Positions 17,792 to 27,594 of a DNA stretch of 34,946 nt are shown in pieces. The stretch spans positions 1-34,946 of the forward strand of contig JBDRRF010000044.1 in the NCBI GenBank assembly GCA_043825875.1. The letters are read 5' to 3'. The notes under the pieces are model-generated. The model made no database searches and had not been told where the DNA came from. It worked only from the letters and a program-made list of their open reading frames with translations. Position 1 is the stretch's first letter. Each line of letters begins with the position of its first letter. The position numbers and the translations under genes are program-made. The DNA is from Pseudomonadota bacterium. Lineage in GTDB: Bacteria; Desulfobacterota; Desulfobacteria; Desulfobacterales; RPRI01.

Positions 17792-18481
17792 ATGAAAAAT
17801 ATTTTTGAAATAATATCTGCTGTTCCGCTTTTTAACGGCCTTTTAGATGAGCAGCTTAATGATATAAAAAATATTGCAGTTAGTAAATATTTTAATAAAG
17901 GTGAAACTATTTTTTTAGAAGGTGATCCTGGGAACGGTTTTTATGTTGTTGCAGATGGTCTTGTTAAAATCTATAAAGTATCTTCCGAAGGAAAAGAGCA
18001 AATCCTTCACATACTGGGTCCCGGAGAACCTTTTGGAGAAGTTCCGGTATTTGCCGGCCAGGCTTTTCCTGCTAACGCACAAGCGATTGCCAAAAGTCAT
18101 TGCCTGTTTTTCCCAAGAAAAGATTTTGTGAACCTGATAACAAAAAATCCTTCTCTTTCTTTAAGTATGCTTGCTGTTCTTTCCATGAGACTGAGGCAAT
18201 TTACAGTCCAGATCGAAAATCTTTCTCTTAAAGAGGTTCCGGGCCGGCTTGCATCATATTTATTGCATCTTGCCACAGATCAGGGGGAAAATAACTCTGT
18301 TAAATTAAATATTTCAAAGACTCAGCTTGCCAGCCTTCTTGGAACTATTCCCGAAACACTGTCACGAATTTTTGCAAAAATGGCTGATATGAAATTAATT
18401 GAGGTTGAAGGCCGGAACATTAAACTGCTTGACCGTTCCGGACTTGCAACCCTTGGAGAATATGAAAAAAATATGGAGTAA
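17792..18481 (+). CDS. hcpR: Crp/Fnr family regulator HcpR
   Basis: cNMP-binding fold (GLVKIYKVSSEGKEQIL...GEPFGE) and HTH GTIPETLSR, divergent from hcp. Start set at ATG 17792 behind AAGGAG. Confidence 0.88.
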   Translation: MKNIFEIISAVPLFNGLLDEQLNDIKNIAVSKYFNKGETIFLEGDPGNGFYVVADGLVKIYKVSSEGKEQILHILGPGEPFGEVPVFAGQAFPANAQAIAKSHCLFFPRKDFVNLITKNPSLSLSMLAVLSMRLRQFTVQIENLSLKEVPGRLASYLLHLATDQGENNSVKLNISKTQLASLLGTIPETLSRIFAKMADMKLIEVEGRNIKLLDRSGLATLGEYEKNME

Positions 18482-18574
18482 AAATTATTATACCATACAT
18501 GATATAAGAACGTTATCATAAAACTGATGTTTGGTGCAGGAAAACAAATTAATATTTAAGAATTTAAAAAAATC

Positions 18575-19048
18575 CTACTTGAGACTTATCAGCTCAGCAC
18601 TTAGCATTCTGATATGCTTCATTTCTTCTTTAATTATAGCTTCAATTTTATCTTTTCCGAATTTTGCGGGAACAGCATCTTTAATGCCCAAATAAAATAC
18701 AATTGAGTCTTTCTCGGCTTCAATTGCTGATTTGTAAATTTCTTTAAGAGAGGTGTTATCAATCTTTTTTTCAAAAAACACTCGTGTATCAGCTATCGCA
18801 CGAAGATAAAGAACAGCTTCATCATTAGGATCAAAAATTAAAGAGGCTTTTTCTTTCTTACCAAGACCTGCTCTTAATTCCTTGAAGCTTTTTTCATGAT
18901 CATCTTCCATATCGGCAAGCTTAAGCAAAAGTGTTTTACCGGCAGAATCAGGGGTGCTTTCTGCTGCTTTTCTGTAAAAATTCGCACCGTTTTTTTCTAA
19001 TTGTTCAGCTATTTCAAATACATCGTCTGCATTAAAATCATAACTCAT
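18575..19048 (-). CDS. Ferritin-like / rubrerythrin-family diiron protein without rubredoxin domain
   Basis: E...FY...EDDH and E...FY...EEMKH diiron pattern. Confidence 0.88.
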   Translation of the reverse strand: MSYDFNADDVFEIAEQLEKNGANFYRKAAESTPDSAGKTLLLKLADMEDDHEKSFKELRAGLGKKEKASLIFDPNDEAVLYLRAIADTRVFFEKKIDNTSLKEIYKSAIEAEKDSIVFYLGIKDAVPAKFGKDKIEAIIKEEMKHIRMLSAELISLK

Positions 19049-19122
19049 TGTCTATATATTCCTTTCTTTTGTAGCAAAATACAACCGGAAGTTTTTTGCA
19101 AACCCATTTTAGTAATATAAAA

Positions 19123-19151
19123 ATTTTGTACTATTGTACCGGCCTTGTCAA
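19123..19151 (-). promoter_or_regulatory. Putative sigma70 promoter of the ferritin-like gene
   Basis: Minus strand TTGACA (19151-19146), 17 nt, CAAAAT (19128-19123). Confidence 0.45.
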
Positions 19152-19218
19152 TACTTAATTATTAATTCCATAACCCAATAAAAGATATATGGTTACCATG
19201 ATTAAACTTCAAAAACTA

Positions 19219-19249
19219 TTGACATTAGTAAAAAACTGTCATAAATAAT
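19219..19249 (+). promoter_or_regulatory. Putative sigma70 promoter of the tRNA-Gly/rimP operon
   Basis: TTGACA at 19219-19224 and an AT-rich -10 region (TAAATAAT, 19242-19249) just upstream of the tRNA. Confidence 0.5.
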
Positions 19250-19261
19250 GGCATTTCGTGG

Positions 19262-19337
19262 GCGGGCATAACTCAGCTGGTAGAGTGCAAGCTTCCCAAG
19301 CTTGGAGTCGCGAGTTCGAATCTCGTTGCCCGCTCCA
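19262..19337 (+). tRNA. tRNA-Gly (CCC)
   Basis: 76-nt cloverleaf: acceptor GCGGGCA/TGCCCGC, anticodon arm CAAGC-TTCCCAA-GCTTG, T-loop GTTCGAA, discriminator T and encoded CCA. Confidence 0.97.
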
Positions 19338-19479
19338 GGTAAAATTCGCCTTATCAAAAGGTTTTTAGGCAGGGTCGATGACTATGCAGTTTGGAGATAC
19401 TTTTTGAATATGTTTGCTTTCAGAACCATGTAGTTCTTCACGATCAATTTTTTATAAGAAGTATCATATTCATAAGGAG

Positions 19480-19500
19480 ACGGGCGATAGCCCGTTTTTT
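19480..19500 (+). terminator. Terminator/attenuator hairpin in the rimP leader
   Basis: acgggc-gata-gcccgt followed by a T-run, about 65 nt upstream of rimP. Confidence 0.7.
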
Positions 19501-19564
19501 ATTTTATTATTTTGGCGAACTATTGTTATTTCAAAAGGATATTTGTTAATAATTATTTAATTGT

Positions 19565-20080
19565 ATGAAAAAGCGCAAAACGGAAACAGAACTTGTCAGC
19601 CCAATGACGCGGGAAGAAATAATTGATAAAGTTAAAAATTTTGCTTATCCGATATGCGAATCAAAAGGTTTGGAGCTAATTTATGTTGAATATCAGAGGG
19701 AAGCAGGAGGGAGAGTAATTCGTCTTTATATTGAAAAACAAGGTGGGATTACACTAAACGACTGCACTTGGGTAAGTCGCCAGTTAATTGATATTCTTGA
19801 TGTTAATCTGAATACCGGCTGGCCGTACAGCCTTGAAGTTTCATCGCCCGGCGCGAATCGCCCATTGGCAAAGCCGGAGGATTTTGAGAAGTTTAAAGGA
19901 AATATGGCAACAATCAGAACTTTTCTTCCTCTTGAAGGACAAAAAAATTTCAAAGGGGTTCTGCTTGGCTATATTGATGGTTTTGTTAATATTATCGTTA
20001 ACGACAAAACTGTTGCAATCCCTTATAAGGAAATCACAAAGGCACAGCTTTTCAACTATAACGGAGCAAACAAATGCTAA
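19565..20080 (+). CDS. rimP: Ribosome maturation factor RimP
   Basis: GGITLNDC and YSLEVSSPGANRPL motifs, directly before nusA. Confidence 0.95.
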   Translation: MKKRKTETELVSPMTREEIIDKVKNFAYPICESKGLELIYVEYQREAGGRVIRLYIEKQGGITLNDCTWVSRQLIDILDVNLNTGWPYSLEVSSPGANRPLAKPEDFEKFKGNMATIRTFLPLEGQKNFKGVLLGYIDGFVNIIVNDKTVAIPYKEITKAQLFNYNGANKC

Positions 20081-21498
20081 TATCAGAAATAAAACGTGTT
20101 GTTGATCAAGTCAGCCGGGACAGGGGTATAGATAAAAATGTTCTCATTACGGCAATTGAAGAAGCGCTAAAATCCGCTGCAAGAAAAAAATATGGGAATA
20201 AAATCGATATAGAAATTAATTATAATGAAGAAAGCGGTGATATCGAAGCTTTTCAGTTTAAGAAAGTAGTTGAAACCGTTACTGATGAAATGACGCAGAT
20301 CAGTCTTAAAGAAGGGCAAAAACTGGATCCGGAATGTGAAATTGGTGATAGCCTTGGAACAAAAATGGATACCACAGCTTTTGGAAGAATAGCAGCCCAA
20401 TCTGCAAAACAGGTAATTATACAGAAAATGAAAGATGCTGAAAGAAACGCTGTTTATTCAAGTTTCATTGACCGCAAAGGTGAAATAATAAACGGCATAG
20501 TTCAGCGGATTGAACATTCCGGAGATATTATCGTGAACCTCGGACAGACGGAAGGCATTCTGCCGATGCATGAACAAATCCCAAAAGAGACCTATAAGCG
20601 TGGTGAACGCATAAGAGCACTTCTTATGGAAGTACTTCAGGATTCACGAGGCCCTCAAATTGTTCTTTCCAGAACGCATGCGAGTTTTCTGGCAAACCTT
20701 TTTAAGACGGAAGTTCCTGAAATAAGCGAAGGAATTGTAAAGATAATGGGCGCTGTCCGTGAACCGGGTGTTCGAGCCAAAATAGCTGTATCTTCAAATG
20801 ATTCTGATATACATCCTGTCGGCGCCTGTGTTGGTATGAAGGGAAGCCGGGTTCAAAATGTTGTTCAGGAATTAAGAGGTGAAAAAATTGATATAATACC
20901 ATGGCATGTAGATTCGGCAAAATATGTATGCAATGCCCTGGCTCCGGCTGAAATAATAAGAGTTATCATTGATGAAGATAGTCATGCGATGGAAGTGATA
21001 GTCCCTGATGATTCCCTTTCCATCGCTATAGGCAAACGCGGCCAGAACGTTCGCCTTGCTTCAAAATTGACTTGCTGGAATCTGGATGTTCAAAGTGAAT
21101 CACATTATAATGAGGTATTGAAAAACGGTTATGATTCTCTTGTATCTCTACCCGGAGTTGGAATAAATCTTGCCAATTCATTGATTGAAAAAGGCTTTAC
21201 ATCCGTAGATGAAATCAGTAACGCCTCCGCAAGTGATCTGATGGGAATAAAAGGTATAGCCAAAGAAAAAGCCGAGAAATTGATAGATTCTGCAACAGAA
21301 GCAATTTCCAAAGGCGATGATAACAATGACAATCAAAGTACCGAGGAAGAAAATCCTGACATCGATGACAGTAAAAGTACCGAGGAAGAAAATCCTGACA
21401 TCGACGACACTCAAAGTACCGAAGAAGAAAATCCTAACATCGATGACAATAAAAGTGCCGAAGAAGAAAATTCTAACATCGACAATAAGATTTTATAA
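20074..21498 (+). CDS. nusA: Transcription factor NusA with acidic repeat tail
   Basis: FGRIAAQSAKQVI, S1 and KH domains (VGACVGMKGSRV, AIGKRGQNVRLA) and C-terminal HhH. Confidence 0.97.
   Translation: MLISEIKRVVDQVSRDRGIDKNVLITAIEEALKSAARKKYGNKIDIEINYNEESGDIEAFQFKKVVETVTDEMTQISLKEGQKLDPECEIGDSLGTKMDTTAFGRIAAQSAKQVIIQKMKDAERNAVYSSFIDRKGEIINGIVQRIEHSGDIIVNLGQTEGILPMHEQIPKETYKRGERIRALLMEVLQDSRGPQIVLSRTHASFLANLFKTEVPEISEGIVKIMGAVREPGVRAKIAVSSNDSDIHPVGACVGMKGSRVQNVVQELRGEKIDIIPWHVDSAKYVCNALAPAEIIRVIIDEDSHAMEVIVPDDSLSIAIGKRGQNVRLASKLTCWNLDVQSESHYNEVLKNGYDSLVSLPGVGINLANSLIEKGFTSVDEISNASASDLMGIKGIAKEKAEKLIDSATEAISKGDDNNDNQSTEEENPDIDDSKSTEEENPDIDDTQSTEEENPNIDDNKSAEEENSNIDNKIL
21325..21480 (+). repeat. 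4 x 39-bp in-frame tandem repeat in nusA
   Basis: Units at 21325, 21364, 21403 and 21442 encode NDNQSTEEENPDI, DDSKSTEEENPDI, DDTQSTEEENPNI and DDNKSAEEENSNI. Confidence 0.93.
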
Positions 21499-21609
21499 CT
21501 ACCATATAAATTTTGTAAATATAGTTTATGTGCAATAAAATACTGGATTGCTGTAAATATAATAAGCATTCTGCGAAAGACCGGTTAATAATAATATTTG
21601 GGGGGCTGC

Positions 21610-24333
21610 ATGGCAAAGATCAGAGTATATGAACTTGCCAGAGATCTTAATATGACGAACCAGGCTCTTCTTGACAAGATAAGAAATATGGATATCTACG
21701 TTAAGAGCCACGTTAGTTCTTTGGATGAAGAAACAGTTATAAAAATTAAAGCCGGCTTAAATAGTAACGTAAAGTCGGAAGAAGTGGCTGAAGTCCGCAT
21801 TAAGCCTACGATTATCAGAAGGCGAAAAGTTGTTGTTCAGGAGCAGACAGAAACGAAACCTGAAGCAACACCTGAGATAGAGCCTGAAATACAACCTGAA
21901 AAGCAAAAAGAGAAGGCTGTTAAAAAAGTTGATTCGGAAGAACAGGCGCCCGAACCCATAACCCAAAAAGCTGTCGAAGAAGTCAAAAAGCCGTCTACGG
22001 AAGAAAAGCCGGAGGTTAAGCCCCCTGCCGAGACCCAAAAACAGCCGATTAAAAAGACTGCCACCCCCGCAAAAGTAATTAAAAAAGCCAAAAAAGAGCA
22101 ACCGGCAAAAATACTTAAATTACCAGATGTTAAAAAGAAAGAGGAAGTAATAAAAGAACATCCCCCTTCACACGAATTTGCTCAGACTAAAACGGAACCG
22201 CCCAAGGACCAAGTTTCTAAAATAAAGGATGCTTCAAAACAGGCCAAGCCCTTGGAACATGCGAGAAAAACCGGTGGGCACATCAAAAAGACGGTTGAAA
22301 TAACTCCTGATTTTCAGGGGAAAACAGATTCTGCAGATGCGGTTACAAAAAAAGAAGAGGCTGTTTCTGATAAAAAGAAAGTTAAAGGCAGGGAAAAGCG
22401 CGAAGAAGAACCCGATTTCAGGGATAAAAAATTACACAAAAAGAAACCTTTTAAGAAAAAAGAAATAGTCGAAGCAGAAGATCTTTTTTCGCCGGAACCC
22501 AAACTTCGTAGAGAAAAAAAAGGAGCTAAGGTTAAGGCTACTCATGGGCAAAAGACACTGTTAACTACACCAAAAGCTATAAAACGCCGGATAAAAGTTG
22601 ATGACGCAATTGTATTATCCGATCTAGCAAAAAGAATGGGTATAAAGTCGAGTGAAATGATAAAAACGCTTATGGGCTTAGGTGTGCTTGCGACAGTAAA
22701 CCAAACAATAGATTTTGATACTGCTTCACTGGTTGCAGCTGAATTTAATTATGAAGTTGAGCGTGCATCTTTTGAAGAAAGCAATTATTTAAAAGAAGAG
22801 AAGTATGACCCCAGCGCTCTTGTAAGCAAACCCCCGGTAGTTACTATAATGGGCCATGTTGATCATGGAAAGACTTCTCTTTTGGATGTAATACGCAAAA
22901 CCAAAATAACGGAAGCAGAGGCTGGAGGCATAACTCAGCATATAGGGGCTTACCATGTTTCAACCGATAACGGTCAGATAATATTTTTGGATACTCCCGG
23001 CCATGAAGCTTTTACAGCTATGCGCGCAAGAGGAGCAAAAATAACGGATATTGTTGTGCTTGTTGTAGCAGCCGATGATGGAGTAAAACCACAAACCGTA
23101 GAAGCTATTAATCATGCAAAAGCAGCAGCTGTTCCGATAATTGTTGCTATAAACAAAATGGACAAACCTGAAGCAGATCCGGATCGTGTGAAGCGTGAAT
23201 TGGCTGAACATGATCTTGCTCCGGAAGAATGGGGAGGTACCACTCCTTTTATTAAAGTATCTGCAAAACAGAATAGCGGAATAGACGATTTGCTTGAAAT
23301 GATTCTTCTTCAGGCAGAGGTGCTTGAATTAAAAGCTAACCCAAATAAGCTTGCTGTAGGCCATGTGGTTGAAGCCAATCTGGATTCCGGAAGAGGACCT
23401 GTCGCAACAGTACTGATAAAAGAAGGAACGCTTCATTTAGGCGAATCCGTTGTTTGCGGGATACATTATGGTAAAGTGCGGGCACTCTTAAATGACAGGG
23501 GTATGAAAATAGACGAGGCCGGCCCGTCTATTCCGGTTGAGGTTGTAGGTTTTTCGGGCGTGCCTATGGCAGGGGATGAACTTGTAGCTCTTGCCGATGA
23601 GAAGGATGCCAAACAGGTCAGCACTTACAGGATTCAGAAACAGCGTTCCAAAGAGTTGGCTAAAACAAGCAGACTTAACCTTGAAAATCTATTTGACCGG
23701 ATTCAGGAAGGCAAAATCAAAAGCCTGACCTTAATAGTAAAAGCAGATGTTAACGGATCTATAGAAGCAATAAGAGATTCGCTGAACAAATTGTCAAACG
23801 ATGAAGTTAAAATTGATATAATTCATTCCGGAACCGGAACCATTACAGAATCGGATGTATCTCTTGCGGCTGTTTCAAATGCCATTATCATTGGTTTTAA
23901 CGTCCGTCCCAATTCCAAAGTGCAGATTATGGCAAACGAAGAAAACGTTGATATTCGCTACTACAATATAATATATAATGTAATTAAGGACATAAAGAAT
24001 GCGATAGTCGGGTTGATGGCTTCGACATTTGAAGAAAAATTCTTAGGCAGAGCCCAGGTCAGGGAAGTCTTTCATGTTCCTAAATTTGGTACTATTGCAG
24101 GCTGTTATGTCTTAGATGGTAAAGTAGAACGCGGCCGTCAAACACGCCTGATCAGAGACGGTATAGTATGCTTCGAAGGAAAGAATTCCTCTTTAAAGCG
24201 ATTTAAAGATGATGCTAAAGAGGTCTTAACCGGATTTGAATGCGGAATCGGCATAGAAAATTATAATGATATTAAAGTTGATGATATAATTGAATTTTAT
24301 TATATAGAAGAAGTAAAACCGGAATTCGAATAA
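21610..24333 (+). CDS. infB: Translation initiation factor IF-2
   Basis: [11 protein letters not shown]-terminus, [20 protein letters not shown] and SLKRFKDD. Start set at ATG 21610. Confidence 0.98.
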   Translation: MAKIRVYELARDLNMTNQALLDKIRNMDIYVKSHVSSLDEETVIKIKAGLNSNVKSEEVAEVRIKPTIIRRRKVVVQEQTETKPEATPEIEPEIQPEKQKEKAVKKVDSEEQAPEPITQKAVEEVKKPSTEEKPEVKPPAETQKQPIKKTATPAKVIKKAKKEQPAKILKLPDVKKKEEVIKEHPPSHEFAQTKTEPPKDQVSKIKDASKQAKPLEHARKTGGHIKKTVEITPDFQGKTDSADAVTKKEEAVSDKKKVKGREKREEEPDFRDKKLHKKKPFKKKEIVEAEDLFSPEPKLRREKKGAKVKATHGQKTLLTTPKAIKRRIKVDDAIVLSDLAKRMGIKSSEMIKTLMGLGVLATVNQTIDFDTASLVAAEFNYEVERASFEESNYLKEEKYDPSALVSKPPVVTIMGHVDHGKTSLLDVIRKTKITEAEAGGITQHIGAYHVSTDNGQIIFLDTPGHEAFTAMRARGAKITDIVVLVVAADDGVKPQTVEAINHAKAAAVPIIVAINKMDKPEADPDRVKRELAEHDLAPEEWGGTTPFIKVSAKQNSGIDDLLEMILLQAEVLELKANPNKLAVGHVVEANLDSGRGPVATVLIKEGTLHLGESVVCGIHYGKVRALLNDRGMKIDEAGPSIPVEVVGFSGVPMAGDELVALADEKDAKQVSTYRIQKQRSKELAKTSRLNLENLFDRIQEGKIKSLTLIVKADVNGSIEAIRDSLNKLSNDEVKIDIIHSGTGTITESDVSLAAVSNAIIIGFNVRPNSKVQIMANEENVDIRYYNIIYNVIKDIKNAIVGLMASTFEEKFLGRAQVREVFHVPKFGTIAGCYVLDGKVERGRQTRLIRDGIVCFEGKNSSLKRFKDDAKEVLTGFECGIGIENYNDIKVDDIIEFYYIEEVKPEFE

Positions 24334-24338
24334 TAAAT

Positions 24339-24626
24339 ATGGTCGTCGGTCTTGGAATAATTACTTTCAGGCTTCATGACTGCCGCTCTCTGAAAAGCAA
24401 AAGAAAAATTGTAAAATCACTTATCGGCAGACTACAGAACAATTTCAACGCATCGGTTGCAGAAGTAGACTCAAATGATATTTATGAGGAAGCAATAATA
24501 GGCATAGCCTTTGTAGGAAATGACAAGGCTATGATTAATTCCAAAATAGATAAGGCTTTTAGCTTTGCTGATGAATTGGGTCTTGCCGAAATTGTAAATA
24601 CTGAAATGGAGTTAATCAATATATGA
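24339..24626 (+). CDS. DUF503 (YlxP-like) protein
   Basis: SLKSKR...FNASVAEV pattern and the conserved infB-DUF503-rbfA position. Confidence 0.88.
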   Translation: MVVGLGIITFRLHDCRSLKSKRKIVKSLIGRLQNNFNASVAEVDSNDIYEEAIIGIAFVGNDKAMINSKIDKAFSFADELGLAEIVNTEMELINI

Positions 24627-24973
24627 CAGGTTTTTCAAGGGCAGAAAGAGTCGGCGGGCAGATACAAAAAATTATATCTGCACTACTGTTAAAAGATATA
24701 AAAGACCCTCGTCTTGAAATGACAACAATTACTGATGTCAAAATGTCTAAAGATCTCAAAATTGCGCGCATTTATTTTACCACAACCGGCGGCAAAACTA
24801 ATGCTGACGAAGCATTAAAAGGTTTTAAAAGCGCCGCCGGATTTTTAAAACGCTCTTTGTCAAGCGAACTTGCTTTGCGATATATGCCTGAGATTTCTTT
24901 TTTTTATGATGAATCATATGATTATGGAGAACGGATTGAAAACGTTCTAAAGTCAATAAAAATGGACTCATAA
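24623..24973 (+). CDS. rbfA: Ribosome-binding factor A
   Basis: RAERV, IKDPRL, LRYMPEISFFYD and synteny. Confidence 0.95.
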   Translation: MTGFSRAERVGGQIQKIISALLLKDIKDPRLEMTTITDVKMSKDLKIARIYFTTTGGKTNADEALKGFKSAAGFLKRSLSSELALRYMPEISFFYDESYDYGERIENVLKSIKMDS

Positions 24974-24985
24974 ACACAAAGGATA

Positions 24986-25957
24986 ATGGACCGCATAATA
25001 GAACATCTGATAAATAGCTCTAATGTGCTGATCACTTCTCATATAAACCAGGATGGTGATGCAATAGGGTCTTTGCTTGCCGTTGGTTTTGCTCTTAATT
25101 TTCTTAATAAGAAAACATTTTTGTTTAACGAAAGCTCCATTCCTTCGGTTTATCGATTTCTCCCTGGGACTGAACTCATAAAATATAAAATTAATGAACT
25201 TTATGAGTTTGATACAGCCGTTATTCTCGATTGCGGAAATTTAGAGCGCATAGGAAAATCTGCAAAGACAGTATCGACGATTCCGGTCATTATTAATATA
25301 GACCACCATGTAACAAACACAGGTTATGGAACCTGTCGGCTTGTCGATACATCAGCTTGTTCAACGGCAGAATTAGTTTATCGTATAATAAAAAAGATGA
25401 ATATTCCCATTAATAAAGAAATTGCTACTTCAATATATACGGCCATTTTAACTGACACCGGGTCTTTCAGGGCTTCAAATACAAATGGACCGGCTTTCGC
25501 AATTTGTGAAGAAATGATAGCTTATGGAGCAGATCCATATGAAATCGCACAAAATGTTTATGGAAAATATTCTTTAGGACGCATCCGTCTTTTAAACCTT
25601 GCTCTTGATTCCATTGCAATATCAGATAACGGCAAACTTTCGATGATGACCATAACCTCTGATATGATTAATGAAACCGAAACTAAATCTGAAGACGTTG
25701 ATGGCCTTATCAGCTATGCTAAACGTATTAAAGGTATAAAAGTTGCTGTTCTTATTCAGGAAGAAAGAAACAGTAAAAGCAAAACAAAAGGCATTAAGAA
25801 TTTTCATGTAAGCCTGCGTTCGGATGGAACCATTGATGTTACGGATATAGCCTTATCCTTTGGGGGGGGCGGACACTTCAGTGCGGCAGGTTTTAATCTT
25901 GAAACCGGTTTGGATGAATTAAAAACAATTATTATGAGATTTGCTGAAAAGCTATAA
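24986..25957 (+). CDS. nrnA: DHH/DHHA1 oligoribonuclease / pAp phosphatase
   Basis: DGDAIGS, IDHH, TDTGSF, SLRS and GGGGH motifs. Confidence 0.88.
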   Translation: MDRIIEHLINSSNVLITSHINQDGDAIGSLLAVGFALNFLNKKTFLFNESSIPSVYRFLPGTELIKYKINELYEFDTAVILDCGNLERIGKSAKTVSTIPVIINIDHHVTNTGYGTCRLVDTSACSTAELVYRIIKKMNIPINKEIATSIYTAILTDTGSFRASNTNGPAFAICEEMIAYGADPYEIAQNVYGKYSLGRIRLLNLALDSIAISDNGKLSMMTITSDMINETETKSEDVDGLISYAKRIKGIKVAVLIQEERNSKSKTKGIKNFHVSLRSDGTIDVTDIALSFGGGGHFSAAGFNLETGLDELKTIIMRFAEKL

Positions 25958-25972
25958 CTATATCACAACGGT

Positions 25973-25997
25973 GGCGGCATATAAAATGTCGCCCTAC
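25973..25997 (-). repeat. Single GTAG-type REP
   Basis: Matches the copy at 15953-15977 at 24 of 25 positions. Confidence 0.8.
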
Positions 25998-25998
25998 T

Positions 25999-26922
25999 TT
26001 GCTTAAAGGGTGTATAAAAATTAACAGCGGATTATTAATTATTGATAAACCTGCTGATATAAGTTCAGCAAGGGCAGTTTCTATTGTAAAAAAACTGACG
26101 GGCGCAAAAAAAGTGGGGCACACAGGCACTCTCGATCCTTTTGCCACGGGAGTATTGCCATGCTGCATAAATGAGGCAACAAAAATCTCAAGATTTTTTC
26201 TTGAAGGAAACAAAAAATATATCGCCAAGCTCAGTTTGGGGATTGAAACAGATACACAGGATTTTACAGGAAAAGTTATATCAACAAGCAAGGATTTAAA
26301 TTTTTCGGAAGAAGATATAATAGCGGTTTTTAAAAAATATGAAGGAAGCATCGATCAGGTTCCTCCGGCTTATTCAGCTTTAAAACATAAGGGAATTCCT
26401 CTTTATAAGTATGCAAGAAAAGGCAAGACAATTCTTAAGCCGGCCAGGAAAATTGACATACATTATATAAAACCTATTAATATTAATCTTCCTGAAGTTC
26501 TTTTTGAAGTGTCTTGCTCGGCTGGCACATATATAAGAACATTATGCGCAGATATCGGAAAAGCTCTTGGATGCGGTGGGCATCTTAGCCAATTAAAAAG
26601 AATTGAAAGCTGCGGATTAAACATAAGCCAGGCTCTATCTATTAATATCCTTGAGGAAATTATATCAAAAGAGGGTAATATTTCGAAACATTTGTTAAAC
26701 ATGTCTGATGCACTTAAACAGATACCCGGATATATAGCCGATGATATATTGATCGAAAAGTTATCCCATGGTAAATTAATTACTGAACGTGATATTAATT
26801 TAGTACAAACAAACAAAACGGCTAGCTTTATTAAAATTGTAAACAACAATAACGATCTTTTGGCCATTTTAAATAAGATTGGAAATAAGTTTGTCTATTG
26901 TTGTGTAATTAACAATAATTGA
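25999..26922 (+). CDS. truB: tRNA pseudouridine(55) synthase (start uncertain)
   Basis: IIDKP, GHTGTLDPFATGVL, PPAYSALK and CSAGTYIRTL. Confidence 0.95.
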   Translation: MLKGCIKINSGLLIIDKPADISSARAVSIVKKLTGAKKVGHTGTLDPFATGVLPCCINEATKISRFFLEGNKKYIAKLSLGIETDTQDFTGKVISTSKDLNFSEEDIIAVFKKYEGSIDQVPPAYSALKHKGIPLYKYARKGKTILKPARKIDIHYIKPININLPEVLFEVSCSAGTYIRTLCADIGKALGCGGHLSQLKRIESCGLNISQALSINILEEIISKEGNISKHLLNMSDALKQIPGYIADDILIEKLSHGKLITERDINLVQTNKTASFIKIVNNNNDLLAILNKIGNKFVYCCVINNN

Positions 26923-27107
26923 ACCAGGATAAAAAAACAGGCTTTTTACTGAATAAATTTTGTTGTTTGTTTGTATTTATAAATGTATATAAAGAAAAAG
27001 AATGTTATTTTTGTCAATTTTAATCTGTAATAAGGTTTATAAAATAATAGTTAACAATGTATAATCAAATAGTTATTTCCAGATAGAAAACAGGAGGCAA
27101 AAAGAAA

Positions 27108-27377
27108 TTGGTTTTTAAAACAGATGATAAAAAGGAATTGATCGAAAAATACAAATTACATGAAAGCGATACCGGCTCTCCGGAGGTACAGGTGGGTCTA
27201 TTAACTTTCAGAATAAGCTATCTTACCGAACACCTTAAGGTTCATGCCAAGGATCATCATTCAAGAAGAGGCTTGCTCATGCTTGTAGGTAAAAGACGCA
27301 GACTCTTAAATTATGTTAAAAACAAAGATGTACAACGTTATAGAACAATCATTACTACTCTTGGTTTGAGAAGATAA
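27108..27377 (+). CDS. rpsO: 30S ribosomal protein S15
   Basis: DTGSPEVQV and [13 protein letters not shown] start behind AGGAGG. Confidence 0.97.
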   Translation: MVFKTDDKKELIEKYKLHESDTGSPEVQVGLLTFRISYLTEHLKVHAKDHHSRRGLLMLVGKRRRLLNYVKNKDVQRYRTIITTLGLRR

Positions 27378-27497
27378 TTTTTTTGATCAGTTCAAAGTGC
27401 AGATCCTTACGAGCCGAAAAAATATGCCTGCCGGTAATGAGCGTAGCATCGTTCCACTCTCTTAAATATCCGGAAAGATAAAAATGGGTATCGAAAG

Positions 27498-27545
27498 TAC
27501 ATAGAGGTTTATATGACCATATGGTTCTTAAACCTCTATTTTGTA
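27498..27545 (+). promoter_or_regulatory. Long hairpin between rpsO and pnp (terminator or RNase III-type leader)
   Basis: atagaggttta (27501-27511) / taaacctctat (27529-27539), with extra pairing inside and outside and a T-rich tail. Confidence 0.6.
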
Positions 27546-27594
27546 TTTAGGAACGTTACAATGACAAATGTTAATTATTATTTAGGAGAATTTT

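Noticed and set aside
19262..19337. tRNA-Gly as an integration site
   Set aside because: No integrase and no duplicated tRNA 3' end seen. The flanks are ordinary genes.
21325..21480. CRISPR array in the nusA repeats
   Set aside because: The repeats are contiguous and in frame, with no unique spacers.
21499..21609. Missing ylxR between nusA and infB
   Set aside because: No remnant is visible and the absence is common, so it is not informative.
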